Shown piece by piece: positions 8,245-16,748 of a stretch of 19,971 bases of DNA. The notes beneath the pieces are model-generated. The model saw only the letters and a list, made by a program, of their open reading frames with translations, was not told the DNA's origin and did no database searches. The stretch spans positions 1 through 19,971 of the forward strand of contig JAVJWO010000099.1 in NCBI GenBank assembly GCA_040222015.1, in the 5' to 3' direction. The stretch is from Coleofasciculus chthonoplastes F2-STO-03 (GTDB lineage: Bacteria > Cyanobacteriota > Cyanobacteriia > Cyanobacteriales > Coleofasciculaceae). How positions within the stretch are numbered: the first letter of the stretch is position 1; every line of letters begins with the position of its first letter. A program made the position numbers and the translations under genes.

Positions 8245-8308
8245 TTCTGGGTATCCGCACGAAAAACGGGAAAAGACTACGTTGAAAGTAATTGAAGTGC
8301 TATTTAAA

Positions 8309-8458
8309 TTATTCTCTTAGCAAAACTCGACAACCGACTTGGATAAAATGTATATCAGCCGTTACCGCATTCATCATCCTCAATATTATATTAAATTTTG
8401 GTGTGTTGTACAGATAATAATCATGTTCGCTAGACCAATCAGTTGATGCTTCAATGAT
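8309..8458 (-). pseudogene. Collapsed antitoxin/VapC-PIN toxin relic
   Basis: One minus frame reads IIEASTDWSSEHDYYLYNTPK (antitoxin-like C-terminus) then AVTADIHFIQVGCRVLLRE* (VapC-like LTxDxHFxQAGF.ALL C-terminus). Confidence 0.6.
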
Positions 8459-8499
8459 TCGGTTGCATGTCAACGCAAGTAGGTTAGCGTAGTAGTTAG

Positions 8500-8684
8500 C
8501 ATTGGTGTCAACTTAAGCTGAAAGCCCGTAGTTAGCAAGTTCCCAGAAGTAGTTTTGTCGCCTCGTTTCTAGCTCTGAGACGGGAAAGCTCTTGGGAAGG
8601 CTCTGCTAATAGCGAGGGGAGCCGTTTCACCTACAAGCTAGACACAAAAAGCAGTAAAGGTTTTTGCTTAAGTTGACACAGATG
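8500..8684. mobile_element. MITE (non-autonomous IS derivative) with 19-bp terminal inverted repeats
   Basis: CATTGGTGTCAACTTAAGC (8500-8518) and GCTTAAGTTGACACAGATG (8666-8684), 17/19 complementary; no internal ORF. Confidence 0.75.
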
Positions 8685-8705
8685 ACCGACGCGCATCCGG
8701 AAAAC

Positions 8706-10778
8706 TTAGCCAATAAGAGTAAAATCAGCCTCAGTCAAGAGGTTAGCGTTCACTCCCTTGAGAATTGCTAACGTCTCATCTTCAAAAACAATGAGCGTAT
8801 TTTTTCCATCTTGAGTAATCGATAACTGACTAAAGCTGAGACCATCGGCTAAACCAATTAAATCCTCACCATCTTGGAAGTCAACAATTGTATCCGTACC
8901 CTCATTAAGGGCTAAGACAAAGATATCGCTACCGCTACCGCCAGAGAAGTCATCCCCAGTTAGGATATCGTTACCAATACCGCCGCGTAGGATGTCATCC
9001 CCATCATCTCCCCAGATTTGGTCATCCCCGGCTTCACCAAAGAGTTGGTCGTTACCGCCTTTGCCACCAATGCGGTCATTACCCTCGCCGCCGAAAATGA
9101 TATCATCGCCACCAATACCAACTTGGGGAGAGCGTTGGTTCAAGTCACCGCGCAATATATCATCCCCATCACCGCCGAAGATGGTATCATTCCCCAGATT
9201 GCCAGCAATGGTGTCATTACCGCCGAATCCGTTGATGCGATCGCTCCCTGGCGTACCATTGATGGTATCGTCAAGATTGGTTCCATCAAGGTTAGCCATG
9301 CCAAACACAACATAGCTGGAACCAGAACGACTGCCATTATTGTCGGCATCCCTTGCGCCAATAATCAGGTCATCAATGCCATCACCATTAATATCTCCCG
9401 CACCGCTCACTGAATTGCCAGAGACGTCACCTGCTGCAGCGCCATCGAGACGAAAGCCATTACTGCCATCCAAGCTAGAGAGGTTAAGCGCGGAGCTAAA
9501 ACCATCCCGACTGCCAAACACCACATAGCTGGAGCCAGAAGAACGACCGTTATTATCAGCACTAAAAGCACCAATAATCAGGTCATCAATGCCATCCCCA
9601 TTAATATCCCCTGCACCGCTGACCGAGGAGCCGGAGACATCACCTGCGGCACCATCAAGGCGGAAGCCATTGTTGCCATCCAAGCTAGAGAGGTTAAGCG
9701 TGGAGCTAAAACCATCCCGACTGCCAAATACTACATAGCTCGAGCCAGAACTAATTCCGTTATTCCTGGCACCAGGAGCGCCAATAATCAGGTCATCAAT
9801 GCCATCCCCATTGATATCCCCCGCACTACTTACTGAAGTGCCGGAGCTATCAATTATTGCTGCGCCATCAATTCGGAAGCCATTACTACCATCCAAGCTA
9901 GAGAGGTCAAGCGTAGGGCTAAAGTCATCCCGGCTACCAAACACCACATAGCTGGAGCCGGAACGACCGCCGTTATTGTCAGCATCCCTTGCACCAATAA
10001 TCAGGTCATCAATGCCATCCCCATTGATATCCCCCGCACTGCTCACTGAACGACCAGAGACGTCACCGGCAACGCCATTGAGACGGAAGCCATTGCTGCC
10101 ATCTAAACTGGAAAGGTTGAGCGTGGCGCTAAAGCTATCTCGGCTGCCAAATACCACATAGCTGGAGCCAGAACCAATACCGTTATTGTCGGCACCAATT
10201 GCGCCAATAATCAGGTCATCAATGCCATCCCCATTAATATCTCCCGCACCGCTCACTGAAAAGCTGGAATAATCTCGTTGGGCTGCGCCATCCAGACGAA
10301 AGCCATTGCTTCCATTCAGGCTAGAAAGGTTGAGGGTAGAACTAAAGCCATCCCGACTCCCAAAAACCACATAGCTAGAGCCAGAACTAATGCCGTTATT
10401 GTCAGCCAAATATGCGCCAATAATTAGGTCATCAATGCCATCACCATTAATATCTCCTGCACTGCTCACCGAATTGCCGGAGCGGTCACCTGTTGTTTCG
10501 CCATCGAGACGGAAACCATTACCACCATCTAAACTTGAAAGGTTAAGGGTGGAGCTAAAGCCATCCTGGCTGCCAAACACCACATAACTGGAGCCAGAAT
10601 TACGGTTGTTATTAAAGAAACCTATTGCGCCAATAATCAGGTCATCGATGTTGTCGCCATTGATATCTCCTGCACTGCTCACTGAATGACCCGATAGGTT
10701 ATTGGCTGCTACGCCATCGAGACGGAAACCATTACTGCCATCGAGGCTTGAAAGTTGAAGAACTGGAGCAAATGTCAT
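8706..10778 (-). CDS. FG-GAP (integrin-alpha-like) repeat protein with C-terminal RTX/hemolysin-type Ca-binding repeats
   Basis: Seven SVSxAGDINGDxIDDLIIGA repeats, then GGxGxDxLxG nonamers and a typical DTIVDFQDGEDLIGL C-terminus; no N-terminal signal peptide seen. Confidence 0.9.
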   Translation of the reverse strand: MTFAPVLQLSSLDGSNGFRLDGVAANNLSGHSVSSAGDINGDNIDDLIIGAIGFFNNNRNSGSSYVVFGSQDGFSSTLNLSSLDGGNGFRLDGETTGDRSGNSVSSAGDINGDGIDDLIIGAYLADNNGISSGSSYVVFGSRDGFSSTLNLSSLNGSNGFRLDGAAQRDYSSFSVSGAGDINGDGIDDLIIGAIGADNNGIGSGSSYVVFGSRDSFSATLNLSSLDGSNGFRLNGVAGDVSGRSVSSAGDINGDGIDDLIIGARDADNNGGRSGSSYVVFGSRDDFSPTLDLSSLDGSNGFRIDGAAIIDSSGTSVSSAGDINGDGIDDLIIGAPGARNNGISSGSSYVVFGSRDGFSSTLNLSSLDGNNGFRLDGAAGDVSGSSVSGAGDINGDGIDDLIIGAFSADNNGRSSGSSYVVFGSRDGFSSALNLSSLDGSNGFRLDGAAAGDVSGNSVSGAGDINGDGIDDLIIGARDADNNGSRSGSSYVVFGMANLDGTNLDDTINGTPGSDRINGFGGNDTIAGNLGNDTIFGGDGDDILRGDLNQRSPQVGIGGDDIIFGGEGNDRIGGKGGNDQLFGEAGDDQIWGDDGDDILRGGIGNDILTGDDFSGGSGSDIFVLALNEGTDTIVDFQDGEDLIGLADGLSFSQLSITQDGKNTLIVFEDETLAILKGVNANLLTEADFTLIG
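9301..10760. repeat. Intragenic tandem repeat, 7 units of 210-213 bp
   Basis: Anchor CCAATAAT(C/T)AGGTCATC at 9358, 9571, 9781, 9994, 10204, 10417 and 10630. Confidence 0.9.
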
Positions 10779-10849
10779 ATATTATAATCCTTTTTTTGTG
10801 TAGTCCTGATCTTGAATATTGACGTACCGGATGTGGGCTTAAGGGTCAA

Positions 10850-11209
10850 CTATTGACTCCAAGCCGGATCGAACTCATCAGCTATATTTGAGGTTAGCTT
10901 TTTCCGAAATCCTCCTGCCCGATCTAGCAAAACAATTTCAAAATTTCCCGGACTATCTTCAGTCGCAATTGCAATAGTAGTACCATCATGTGACCAAGCC
11001 GGACGGCTAATTATATCTACTTTTACTCGTCCGGCTTCGTTACTAATCCGCTCCAGAAGAGTTCCGTCTGGTTTCATTTGATAAAGTTCAGCATATCCCT
11101 CTCTTGTTGACCAAAATGTAATCTGCTTTCCATCTGGAGTCCATACAGGTAACAAATCTATTGCCGAATGATTGGTCAGGTTTTGTTTTTGGGAACCATT
11201 ACTCTTCAT
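10850..11209 (-). pseudogene. TolB-like/PD40 beta-propeller protein, C-terminal fragment
   Basis: PVWTPDGKQITF, PAWSHDGTTIA and PAWS repeats; begins mid-blade with an in-frame stop just upstream. Confidence 0.7.
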
Positions 11210-11464
11210 AAGGTCAGACGAAAGGACTTAGGATTCATGCCATCCGGACTAATTGGATTGTCCAGTAGTCCCTCGGGATCAAACAAATTAGCTGGAATAC
11301 GATCATCACGCCTTCTGTCGCTACCTCGCAAAGAGGCTTCAAGATTGAATTGTGGGTTTAAGGCAAGCTCTTTGCCAGTCCAAACAATTTCTACCCGTGA
11401 TAGTCCCATTTGCCCGGTCTCCAGTGCTAGTGATTACCAACCTCGCATTTCGGATTTCAGCCAT
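11206..11464 (-). pseudogene. Frameshifted, probably truncated hypothetical protein
   Basis: AGGAGG RBS and ATG 11464 give MAEIRNARLVITSTGDRANGTIT; removing one G from ACGGGTAGAA joins it to VEIVWTGKELALNPQFNLEASLRGSD... Confidence 0.55.
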
Positions 11465-11496
11465 AAACTCTTCCTCCTGAAGTTTATCTACCTTTC

Positions 11497-11640
11497 ATAC
11501 CAAATCCGCTTTGGGAACTCCCTTTTGCCACGGCGATTAAAATCGCGGAACCACACAAACAAAGTCTGCCGACGCTTCGGCAAGCTTCGCTAACGCAGAC
11601 TAGGTTATTATAACGGGGATGGCTCACCCGGATTTAGTAT
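11497..11640. mobile_element. MITE with 12-bp terminal inverted repeats and internal hairpins
   Basis: ATACCAAATCCG ... CGGATTTAGTAT (11/12 complementary); internal GCGATTAAAATCGC and GTCTGC...GCAGAC palindromes. Confidence 0.6.
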
Positions 11641-11872
11641 TAGGTGAGAAATCACCCCTGCTTTGTCGTCATACTACATAAATACTACAAAATCTTTTTT
11701 TTGTCCAGAGTACGGTTTAACCACAGGATGCAAAACTCACGCGATCGCATTTCCGGTTGTGTGCTTGACACTGGTTGGGTGACAACCGTAATCAGCGACT
11801 CTAAGTCATAGCTGTCTGAAACGCTTACGCTATATTAAGATTAGTTAACGTTACTTAACATTATCGAGAACC

Positions 11873-12769
11873 ATGCAGGCGACCCCCGTTGCAGCAACGG
11901 CTACTATTCCTGGCATCTATTGGCAGTGGCGAGGACAGTCGATTTACTACGTCAAAGCAGGTGAGAGGCGATCGCATCATCCCCCTCTGTTACTGATCCA
12001 TGGATTTGGTGCATCGACAGATCACTGGCGCAAAAATATTGCTGAACTCCAACAGGAGTTTGAAGTTTGGGCAATTGACTTATTGGGGTTTGGACGATCT
12101 GCTAAACCAGACTGGCAATATAGTGGGGAGTTGTGGCGCGATCAGTTGCATGATTTTATCACTCAGGTGATTGGTCAGCCTGTAGTATTGGCAGGGAACT
12201 CCTTAGGCGGCTATTGTGCGCTGTGTGTTGCGGCGCAACGTCCGGATACGGCTGCGGGGGTGGTGTTGCTCAATAGTGCCGGTCCTTTTACCGAGACGAA
12301 GGTTCCAGAGTCCGCAAATTCAGGGCAAAAGGGGTTTAAGAACCTGACGCGATCGCTCTTATTGCAACCTTGGGCGAGTTTCCTTTTGTTTCAGTACCTG
12401 CGGCGACGGGCGATCATTCGCAGAACCCTCAAGCAAGTCTATTTAGATCACAGCGCTATTACCGACCAACTGGTAGAGGATATCTATCGCCCCTCGTGCG
12501 ATCGCGGAGCCCATAAAGTCTTCGCTTCAGTCTTCAAATCGCCCCAAGGAGAAAAAATCGATGTGCTGCTTGCCAGTTTACGCTGTCCCCTCTTACTCTT
12601 GTGGGGAGAAAGTGATCCCTGGATGAATGCCAAAGAACGGGGAGCAAAGTTCCGTCAGTATTATCCCCAACTCACAGAATACTATCTTCAAGCCGGTCAT
12701 TGTCCCCATGATGAGGTTCCCAACCAAGTGAATGAACTCCTAAAATCCTGGGTGATTAAAAATTTCTAA
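11873..12769 (+). CDS. Alpha/beta fold hydrolase (pheophytinase-like clade possible)
   Basis: LIHGFGAS, DLLGFGRS, GNSLGG nucleophile elbow, WGESDPW, AGHCPHDE. Confidence 0.9.
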   Translation: MQATPVAATATIPGIYWQWRGQSIYYVKAGERRSHHPPLLLIHGFGASTDHWRKNIAELQQEFEVWAIDLLGFGRSAKPDWQYSGELWRDQLHDFITQVIGQPVVLAGNSLGGYCALCVAAQRPDTAAGVVLLNSAGPFTETKVPESANSGQKGFKNLTRSLLLQPWASFLLFQYLRRRAIIRRTLKQVYLDHSAITDQLVEDIYRPSCDRGAHKVFASVFKSPQGEKIDVLLASLRCPLLLLWGESDPWMNAKERGAKFRQYYPQLTEYYLQAGHCPHDEVPNQVNELLKSWVIKNF

Positions 12770-12773
12770 AGAT

Positions 12774-12801
12774 TTTGTCATTTGTCTTATGTCATTCGTC
12801 A
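12774..12801. repeat. Degenerate heptamer tandem repeat (TTTGTCA-like x4) between convergent genes
   Basis: TTTGTCA TTTGTCT TATGTCA TTCGTCA. Confidence 0.65.
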
Positions 12802-12827
12802 GGGAACAGTAAATTCATAATTCCTAT

Positions 12828-15365
12828 TTAATACTGGTTCAGCCATGAAAAATCTCTGACGCCAAAATTGACAATAAACGCAACGTTTAAATTTTCCATC
12901 GATTTAACTAAATAGAGAATCTCTTCAATCGGTGTTGATTCGTAATGATTAAATAAAATAGCCAAGCGTCTTTCAAGGTCAGGGCGAATCAACTGGGGAG
13001 ACAATAGGACAATTTTGAGCAGTAAAACTGTCACTTTTAGAGAACCCAGATTATCGACTAAATCACAAAACCAATAATGTTGGGGTTTTTCCATACTTTC
13101 AACAACGAGCAAATCAAACAACTGGCTGCATGTTTTTCCAATCAAAGAAGTGTCCACTTTATGATTGTTACATTCAGTTAGCGTATTCGTTAGGTGCTTA
13201 TTCAATAATCGATAAAAGTTGTGTTGCCCATAGCTCGGATCGATCGACGTAACTAGATACTGATATAAATTTTCTTTAAACAGGGAATAAGATGGAGTTC
13301 GGCAAGTTTGGTGAAGAAAGTTTTGAGCCAACTCACGGTACGTATATGAATTTTCAGCTTTTCCGCCAAACTGTTGCAGTGCTAGATACAATTCCTGATC
13401 ATTCAATAGAGTGGGATTGTTCACCAATTGCTCTCTATTTGTAGCTGAGGATGTAGTTCCCTCAACTAGATAAGTAGCGTACTGCAAAAGTTCGTCCTCT
13501 AATCGTTGCTGTTTTTCCCCTTGCAGTTTTTTGATGGTTTGCTGGGTTTCCTCGGAACAGCCTTGACTCAATAAACAATAAGAGAATAAGAATGGATAAT
13601 GACCAATTAAGTGAGCTATTTTTTTCGGTTTCGGTGTAGAATTATCCTCTTCCTTTGCTGAATCATCTACCACTTCCCCCAGAGATTCTAAGACTCGATA
13701 CTCTTCCAAGTCGATAAAACTTGGTACTGAATCATCGACTACTTTCACAAGACGTTTTAAAGTGCGATATTCTTCGGAGTCGATAAAGGTTTTCACGAGT
13801 TGTCGCAAACGGCTAGAGGTAGGCTGGTAGGGGCTTTGGAACAGACCCAGTAAATGTGCGATCGCGACATTTTGCTTAGGCGTCATTTGCCAACGGTTCA
13901 CCAGGATGTGACAGCAGCGATAGAGAATATTTTTAAACTTTTCTTCAGCCTGTTTAGACGCCGTGATTACGTAGAGTGATGCCAAAATTGTCGGTTCAGG
14001 ATAGCCATTACCATGAATGAACAATTGACGGAAACGCTCAATCAACTGAGCCGGGGACTCCCGTTGTACACAGTCGATTAAGTGATTGTAGATGAGTTCT
14101 ACCTCGACACTAGAGAGGATGTCTAAGTCCGGCTTATCCGCCTTGTTATCCGTTTTCAGAACGTAAACAGGTTGAGGTAGATTAGGAAAGTTCTGCTGAA
14201 CCCACTGTTGATTAAAGACAGACTGGTAAATCTGGTTATAGACTCGTAATTTACCATTTTGCTTGACCACTACTCCGGTCAACCGCAATTCCATTTTTGA
14301 GCGACTTTCATCAGCCGCGATTTGTCCACGTTGTAAAATTTGCTGATAGAGATCAATAATTTCCGGATTACTCTGTCCACCTTTGCTCAAGCGATTATGG
14401 ATAGTTCTTAAATGTTCAGGTTCATCAAAAGCCTCCCAATTTTTAATCACTTGATTTTGAATGAGTTGTTCCACCCAATCTGAGATTTTACCTTGAACAT
14501 TTCTGCCGGAATAAAGTCTCTGTAGCAGGCTAGGTTGTCGCTTCTCCCAGGTTTTAGTTAAATGCCCTTGCTTCTCGACATGTTGATGGACTAATTTACA
14601 TAGCTTTTGAGTGAGAAAAGGTTGACCTCCTGTCCAAGTTAAAATTTCTTGGACAATCACATCAGGATGACTAACTTTTCCCACTAATCCCTGCACCAAG
14701 GGTTGAACGTCTTCTAGCTGAAAACCAGAAAGTTCAATGGCTTGACCGATATTGAAGGGAGTACTGCGGTATTTATCTTGAATTAAATCTGAAGGTGTGG
14801 CGACACCGAGGAGAGCAAAGGCGAGGCGTTTATAGTTAGGATTGTTGCTGCGCTGATTATAGCAGGATTTTATCGAGGCAAAAAAATCATCAACGGGGAA
14901 GTTTAAGCGGAGAATGCTATCGATTTCATCAAAAAAAATCACCAAATTATGAGGAATTGCTTGGAGTAAGACCTCATCGATAAACGTTCTAAAACGTTGC
15001 ACAATAGAAAGAGTCTGGCGAGTAGACCACCAGGTTTCCAATTCACCAGCATCCATGAGATCGAAGCTGCTGGCTAAGGTGTAAACAATCCCGGCATACC
15101 ACTGTTCTAGAGTAATGTTTTGGCATCCGATCGCACTCAAGTCAACCGCCGTGCAAGCAAACCCCATCTGCTTCAGGCGCTGCATTGTGCGAACCCGTAA
15201 GCTAGACTTCCCCATCTGGCGAGCGTTGAGGACATAACAGAACTCGCCGACTTTGAGCGCTTCGTAGAGTTGATTGTCAGCTTGTCGAATGACGTAAGTG
15301 GGAGCATCAATGGGTAGACAACCCCCAACTTGATACTCATAGACTGAGTTTTGGACTGCGATCAT
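12828..15365 (-). CDS. AAA_35 (AAA-like P-loop) domain protein fused to an uncharacterised ~430-aa C-terminal domain
   Basis: YQVGG.L..DAPTYV.RQAD, Walker A ARQMGKSS, Walker [37 protein letters not shown]; start ATG 15365 or GTG 15374. Confidence 0.85.
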   Translation of the reverse strand: MIAVQNSVYEYQVGGCLPIDAPTYVIRQADNQLYEALKVGEFCYVLNARQMGKSSLRVRTMQRLKQMGFACTAVDLSAIGCQNITLEQWYAGIVYTLASSFDLMDAGELETWWSTRQTLSIVQRFRTFIDEVLLQAIPHNLVIFFDEIDSILRLNFPVDDFFASIKSCYNQRSNNPNYKRLAFALLGVATPSDLIQDKYRSTPFNIGQAIELSGFQLEDVQPLVQGLVGKVSHPDVIVQEILTWTGGQPFLTQKLCKLVHQHVEKQGHLTKTWEKRQPSLLQRLYSGRNVQGKISDWVEQLIQNQVIKNWEAFDEPEHLRTIHNRLSKGGQSNPEIIDLYQQILQRGQIAADESRSKMELRLTGVVVKQNGKLRVYNQIYQSVFNQQWVQQNFPNLPQPVYVLKTDNKADKPDLDILSSVEVELIYNHLIDCVQRESPAQLIERFRQLFIHGNGYPEPTILASLYVITASKQAEEKFKNILYRCCHILVNRWQMTPKQNVAIAHLLGLFQSPYQPTSSRLRQLVKTFIDSEEYRTLKRLVKVVDDSVPSFIDLEEYRVLESLGEVVDDSAKEEDNSTPKPKKIAHLIGHYPFLFSYCLLSQGCSEETQQTIKKLQGEKQQRLEDELLQYATYLVEGTTSSATNREQLVNNPTLLNDQELYLALQQFGGKAENSYTYRELAQNFLHQTCRTPSYSLFKENLYQYLVTSIDPSYGQHNFYRLLNKHLTNTLTECNNHKVDTSLIGKTCSQLFDLLVVESMEKPQHYWFCDLVDNLGSLKVTVLLLKIVLLSPQLIRPDLERRLAILFNHYESTPIEEILYLVKSMENLNVAFIVNFGVRDFSWLNQY

Positions 15366-15461
15366 GGGACGCACCTGAGGTTTAGGTAAAAATACGCGAT
15401 TTCCCTCTGACAGGATTGTATCCTAGATTATTATATTTCCCAGAACTGAGAGTCTTATGCA

Positions 15462-15647
15462 AGTCGCGAGATTTTTGAACACGTTGGCAACTTTGATGAA
15501 CCCTTGGGGGCGGGAGCCTCTGGCTGTAGTGAGGATTCCGAATTTGGGGATCGAGTCTTAGCTGAAGGTTGGCTTTGTCGTTACGAACCAACAGCAGTGG
15601 TTTTCCACTACCACCGCAAAGAACTTGAGCGTTATAAATTATTATGA
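15462..15647 (+). pseudogene. Glycosyltransferase family 2 internal fragment
   Basis: SREIFEHVGNFDEPLGAGASGCSEDSEFGDRVLAEGWLCRYEPTAVVFHYHR...*, matching the GT2 FDE...ED...YEP.A.V.H segment; no start codon or N-terminal domain. Confidence 0.75.
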
Positions 15648-15771
15648 CACTAAATTGGATTTTAGCAATTTAAATGTTATCATGTGATTAAATTAATTTT
15701 GAATGAACTTCGCTTTTGTTTAACTTGTACTCCTTATTTTTCTTTGTTCATAAACCCAATAGAATTGCCCT

Positions 15772-16482
15772 ATGTCTCAAAATCCTTATACAGAGAAATT
15801 TTTTGTATCGATACAAGAGTCTTCGTTGAAATCAGCTAAAGAAATTATTCCTTTGGTTATAGAGTTACTTCATCCCCAGAGTGTCATTGATGTGGGGTGT
15901 GGTTTAGGAACGTGGTTATCAGTTTTCCAAGAGTATGGTATAGAAGATATTTTTGGAGTGGATGGCGACTATATAGACAAAGAAAAACTGCAAATACCCC
16001 AAGAAAAATTCTTTTGCTTTGAGTTAAACAAACCGTTGCAAATAGAGCGTAACTTTGATTTAGTGATATCCTTAGAAGTTGCCGAACATCTGCGGATTGA
16101 TTCAGCAGAATTGTTTGTAGAATCTTTAACAAAGCTGGGAAAAGTCATTCTTTTCTCGGCGGCTATTCCTTTTCAAGGAGGAGAAAATCATTTCAATGAA
16201 CAATGGCAAGAGTATTGGGTTGAGCATTTTAAACAAAGAGGTTACTTGCCAATTGATTATATAAGGAGAAAAGTCTGGCAAAATAAAAATGTAGCTTTTT
16301 GGTATGCTCAAAATACGTTAATTTTTGTAGATTTTGATTATTTAGAAAGCAATCATTTGCTCAAGGAAGAATTTCATAAAAGCAAAGATTATCAATATAA
16401 TATTGTTCATCCTCAAAAGTATATAGATCTCGTCAATCAGTATTTGTCAACAACCCAAGCGATTGATACGATTATAAAGTGA
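15772..16482 (+). CDS. Class I SAM-dependent methyltransferase (glycan-cluster type)
   Basis: VIDVGCGLGTWL, FDLVISLEVAEHL, FSAAIPFQGGENHFNEQ; visibly AT-rich; C-terminus may be truncated. Confidence 0.85.
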   Translation: MSQNPYTEKFFVSIQESSLKSAKEIIPLVIELLHPQSVIDVGCGLGTWLSVFQEYGIEDIFGVDGDYIDKEKLQIPQEKFFCFELNKPLQIERNFDLVISLEVAEHLRIDSAELFVESLTKLGKVILFSAAIPFQGGENHFNEQWQEYWVEHFKQRGYLPIDYIRRKVWQNKNVAFWYAQNTLIFVDFDYLESNHLLKEEFHKSKDYQYNIVHPQKYIDLVNQYLSTTQAIDTIIK

Positions 16483-16510
16483 ATCGAGTTAATCAGGGTA
16501 GGGGGTTATG

Positions 16511-16529
16511 GCTTAAGTTGACACCAATG
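16511..16529. mobile_element. Solo terminal repeat of the 8500-8684 MITE family
   Basis: GCTTAAGTTGACACCAATG is the exact reverse complement of 8500-8518. Confidence 0.7.
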
Positions 16530-16632
16530 ACCGACGTGCGCCCGATTTAACCTGAAGTTCCCCCGGTTTTTATTAGGGGTGTTTGACCGGACATGATATA
16601 AAATCTAAAACAACAAGAGGCAATTGAGTAAA

Positions 16633-16694
16633 GGGCGACCCGACAAAATTGAGTGGACTACAGTTGTTAATTTAGCCAAGCGGGTCGCCCCTAC
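16633..16694 (-). repeat. REP hairpin with an enlarged 38-nt loop, downstream of mgdE
   Basis: GGGCGACCCG (16633-16642) and CGGGTCGCCC (16681-16690) followed by CTAC. Confidence 0.65.
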
Positions 16695-16748
16695 ACGGCT
16701 CTAACTGGTGTTTTTTCAAAAGGAATAGGGACGTTATTATTTGACTTA

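Noticed and set aside
8230..8300. Remnant of a cognate restriction endonuclease
   Set aside because: No recognisable motif in the frames I read.
8992..10587. Plus-strand Ser/Pro-rich ORFs and the alternative-frame ORF 9140-9361
   Set aside because: Shadow frames of the repetitive FG-GAP/RTX gene.
9301..10760. CRISPR array or diversity-generating retroelement
   Set aside because: The repeats are in-frame 210-213 bp coding units, differences are not obviously adenine-specific, and there is no reverse transcriptase or template repeat.
11168..11593. 141-aa plus-strand ORF
   Set aside because: Antisense to the pseudogene and runs through a MITE.
15382..15591. 69-aa minus-strand ORF
   Set aside because: Antisense to the GT2 fragment, which has clear family motifs.
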